Shown here one piece after another: positions 62,480-64,000 of a stretch of 64,000 nt of DNA (position 1 is its first letter; each line of letters opens with the position of its first letter). Made by a program: the position numbers and the translations under genes. The DNA is from an uncultured Pseudomonadota bacterium. GTDB lineage: Bacteria; Pseudomonadota; Alphaproteobacteria; JACZXZ01. A model generated the notes under the pieces. The model saw only the letters and a program-made list of their open reading frames with translations, was not told the origin of the DNA and did no database searches. The stretch spans positions 192,001 to 256,000 of the forward strand of contig CAVVLJ010000016.1 in the NCBI GenBank assembly GCA_963749075.1, given 5' to 3'.

Positions 62480-64000
62480 ATGCCGAACCGTCGAGCTCTT
62501 CTTCGTGGCATGATCCGGCTTCGCCGGGCCATCGCCAACGACCAGCTGCTCCTCATCCTGATCGCGCTCGTGATCGGCCTGCTCGGCGTTGCGGGCGTCA
62601 TCGCGTTCCGCGGCCTCATCAGCCTCATCCAGCTGGCCGCCCTCGGCTTCGACTCGGCGCACGTGCTTGATTTCGCGCGCACCATCCCGTGGTGGCGCAT
62701 CCTCCTGGCGCCGACCTTGGGCGGCCTCTTGATCGGCCTCTTCGTGCGCTATTTCGTGCCTGGCCGCCGGGCCCAGGGCGTGCCCGACGTGATGGAGGCG
62801 GCAGCGCTCCGCGGCGGCCGCCTCTCGCTCAGGACCACGCTTGCGGGTGCGGTCGCCAATGCCGCCTCGATCGGGGTCGGCGGCTCGGTCGGCCGCGAGG
62901 GCGCCGTGATCCACCTCGGCGCCACCATGGCCTCCTTTCTCGCCCAGCGCCTGCGCCTGCCGCCCGCCATGATCCGCACCGCCCTTGGCTGCGGCGTTGC
63001 CTCGGCGGTGGCGGCCTCGTTCAACGCGCCCATCGCGGGCGTCTTCTTCGCGCTCGAGGTGGTGATCGGCAACTACGCCATCAGCACCTTCGCCCCGCTC
63101 GTGGTCTCCTCCGTGATCGGCACGGTGATCAGCCGGCTCTACTACGGCGATTTCCCCTCCTTCATCCTGCCCCAGTACCAGATCGTCAGCCCCTGGGAAT
63201 TCTTCGCCTTCGCCCTTCTGGGGCTCATCTGTGCCGTGGTCTCGCTCAGCTTCATGACGTTCCGCCCAGATCGTCGAGCAGGTGGTGGAGCGTCTCCGCA
63301 TCCCGCGCTGGCTGCGCCCGACCTGCGGCGGCCTCCTCCTCGGCCTGATCGCGCTCGTCTTCCCCCACGTCCTCGGCGTCGGCTACGATTCGATCGACCA
63401 GGCGCTCTTCGGCACCATCCCGCTCTGGCTCATGATCGCACTCGTGGTGGCCAAGACGGCGGCGACCTCGATCTGCATCGGCACCGGCTTCGGCGGCGGC
63501 GACTTCAGCGCCTCGCTCTTCCTCGGCGCCATGACCGGCGGCTCCGTGGGGCTCGTTGCCGCCCACGCCTTCCCCGATCTCGCCTCGAGCCACGGCGCCT
63601 ATTCGCTCGTCGGCATGGGGGCGGTGGCAGGGCCGGTCTTGGGAGCCCCCATCACCACCATCCTCATCATCTTCGAGATGACCGGCGACTACGCCATGAC
63701 GCTGGCCGTGATGATCGCCGTGGTGATCTCCTCCCTCATCGTGGCCGAGACCTTCGGGCGCTCCATGTACATGATGAAGCTCGAGCACCGCGGCATCAAC
63801 TTGAAGGGCGGCCGCGAGGTGAGCATCTTCAGCTCGATCCCGGTCGCCGACCTCATGCGCCGCGCCTACAGCTCAGTACCTCCCGAGGCGCCGATGGCCA
63901 CCGTCATCGAGGCGCTGCGCACCGCCCCCTTCGGCCTCGTCTTCGTGGTCGACCACGAGGGGAGGCTCTGCGGCCAGATCAGCGTCGCCGATCTCGCCCC
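62480..64000 (+). CDS. ClC chloride channel with CBS domains, runs off the window; +1 frameshift at ~63260
   Basis: GVPDV, GGSVGREGA, FNAPIAG, GVGYD, FEMTGDY; removing one T in GACGTTCC restores FMTSAQIVEQ. Confidence 0.85.
   Translation, partial: MPNRRALLRGMIRLRRAIANDQLLLILIALVIGLLGVAGVIAFRGLISLIQLAALGFDSAHVLDFARTIPWWRILLAPTLGGLLIGLFVRYFVPGRRAQGVPDVMEAAALRGGRLSLRTTLAGAVANAASIGVGGSVGREGAVIHLGATMASFLAQRLRLPPAMIRTALGCGVASAVAASFNAPIAGVFFALEVVIGNYAISTFAPLVVSSVIGTVISRLYYGDFPSFILPQYQIVSPWEFFAFALLGLICAVVSLSFMTFRPDRRAGGGASPHPALAAPDLRRPPPRPDRARLPPRPRRRLRFDRPGALRHHPALAHDRTRGGQDGGDLDLHRHRLRRRRLQRLALPRRHDRRLRGARCRPRLPRSRLEPRRLFARRHGGGGRAGLGSPHHHHPHHLRDDRRLRHDAGRDDRRGDLLPHRGRDLRALHVHDEARAPRHQLEGRPRGEHLQLDPGRRPHAPRLQLSTSRGADGHRHRGAAHRPLRPRLRGRPRGEALRPDQRRRSRP

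Overview
GC-rich alphaproteobacterial chromosomal window (judged from gene content, CIRCE/RpoH-type groESL promoter and dispersed repeat families). In order: the 3' end of a nucleoside-type ABC operon; a MarR-regulated nicotinate catabolism cluster (Mo-hydroxylase, 6-hydroxynicotinate reductase, enamidase, ABC transporter); radical SAM, MBL hydrolase, a SLOG-SLATT fusion, hmgA, a KirBac channel, nadX, an M24 hydrolase and hutI; a lower-GC compact type II-C CRISPR-Cas island (12-repeat array, cas2, cas1, cas9, tracrRNA); a ThDP enzyme, sugar ABC and dgoK; a SAM-cyclase-STAND protein; an IS5 stub; a second amino-acid ABC operon; an AAA/DUF4143 gene; a CoA-transferase; an Anbu operon with an orphan parD; groESL; an aminotransferase, an MFS pump and a partial ClC channel. 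Most notable: (1) the leader-distal CRISPR spacer matches 13/14 nt of the cas9/tracrRNA divergent promoter region, which is built on a palindromic double extended -10; (2) all five frameshifts found, including the one in cas9, are TC->TTC insertions in RGATCY or GACGTC palindromes, so they are probably methylation-linked sequencing errors; (3) spacers 2-11 look like assembly consensus artefacts. All product calls are from motif recognition without database searches.
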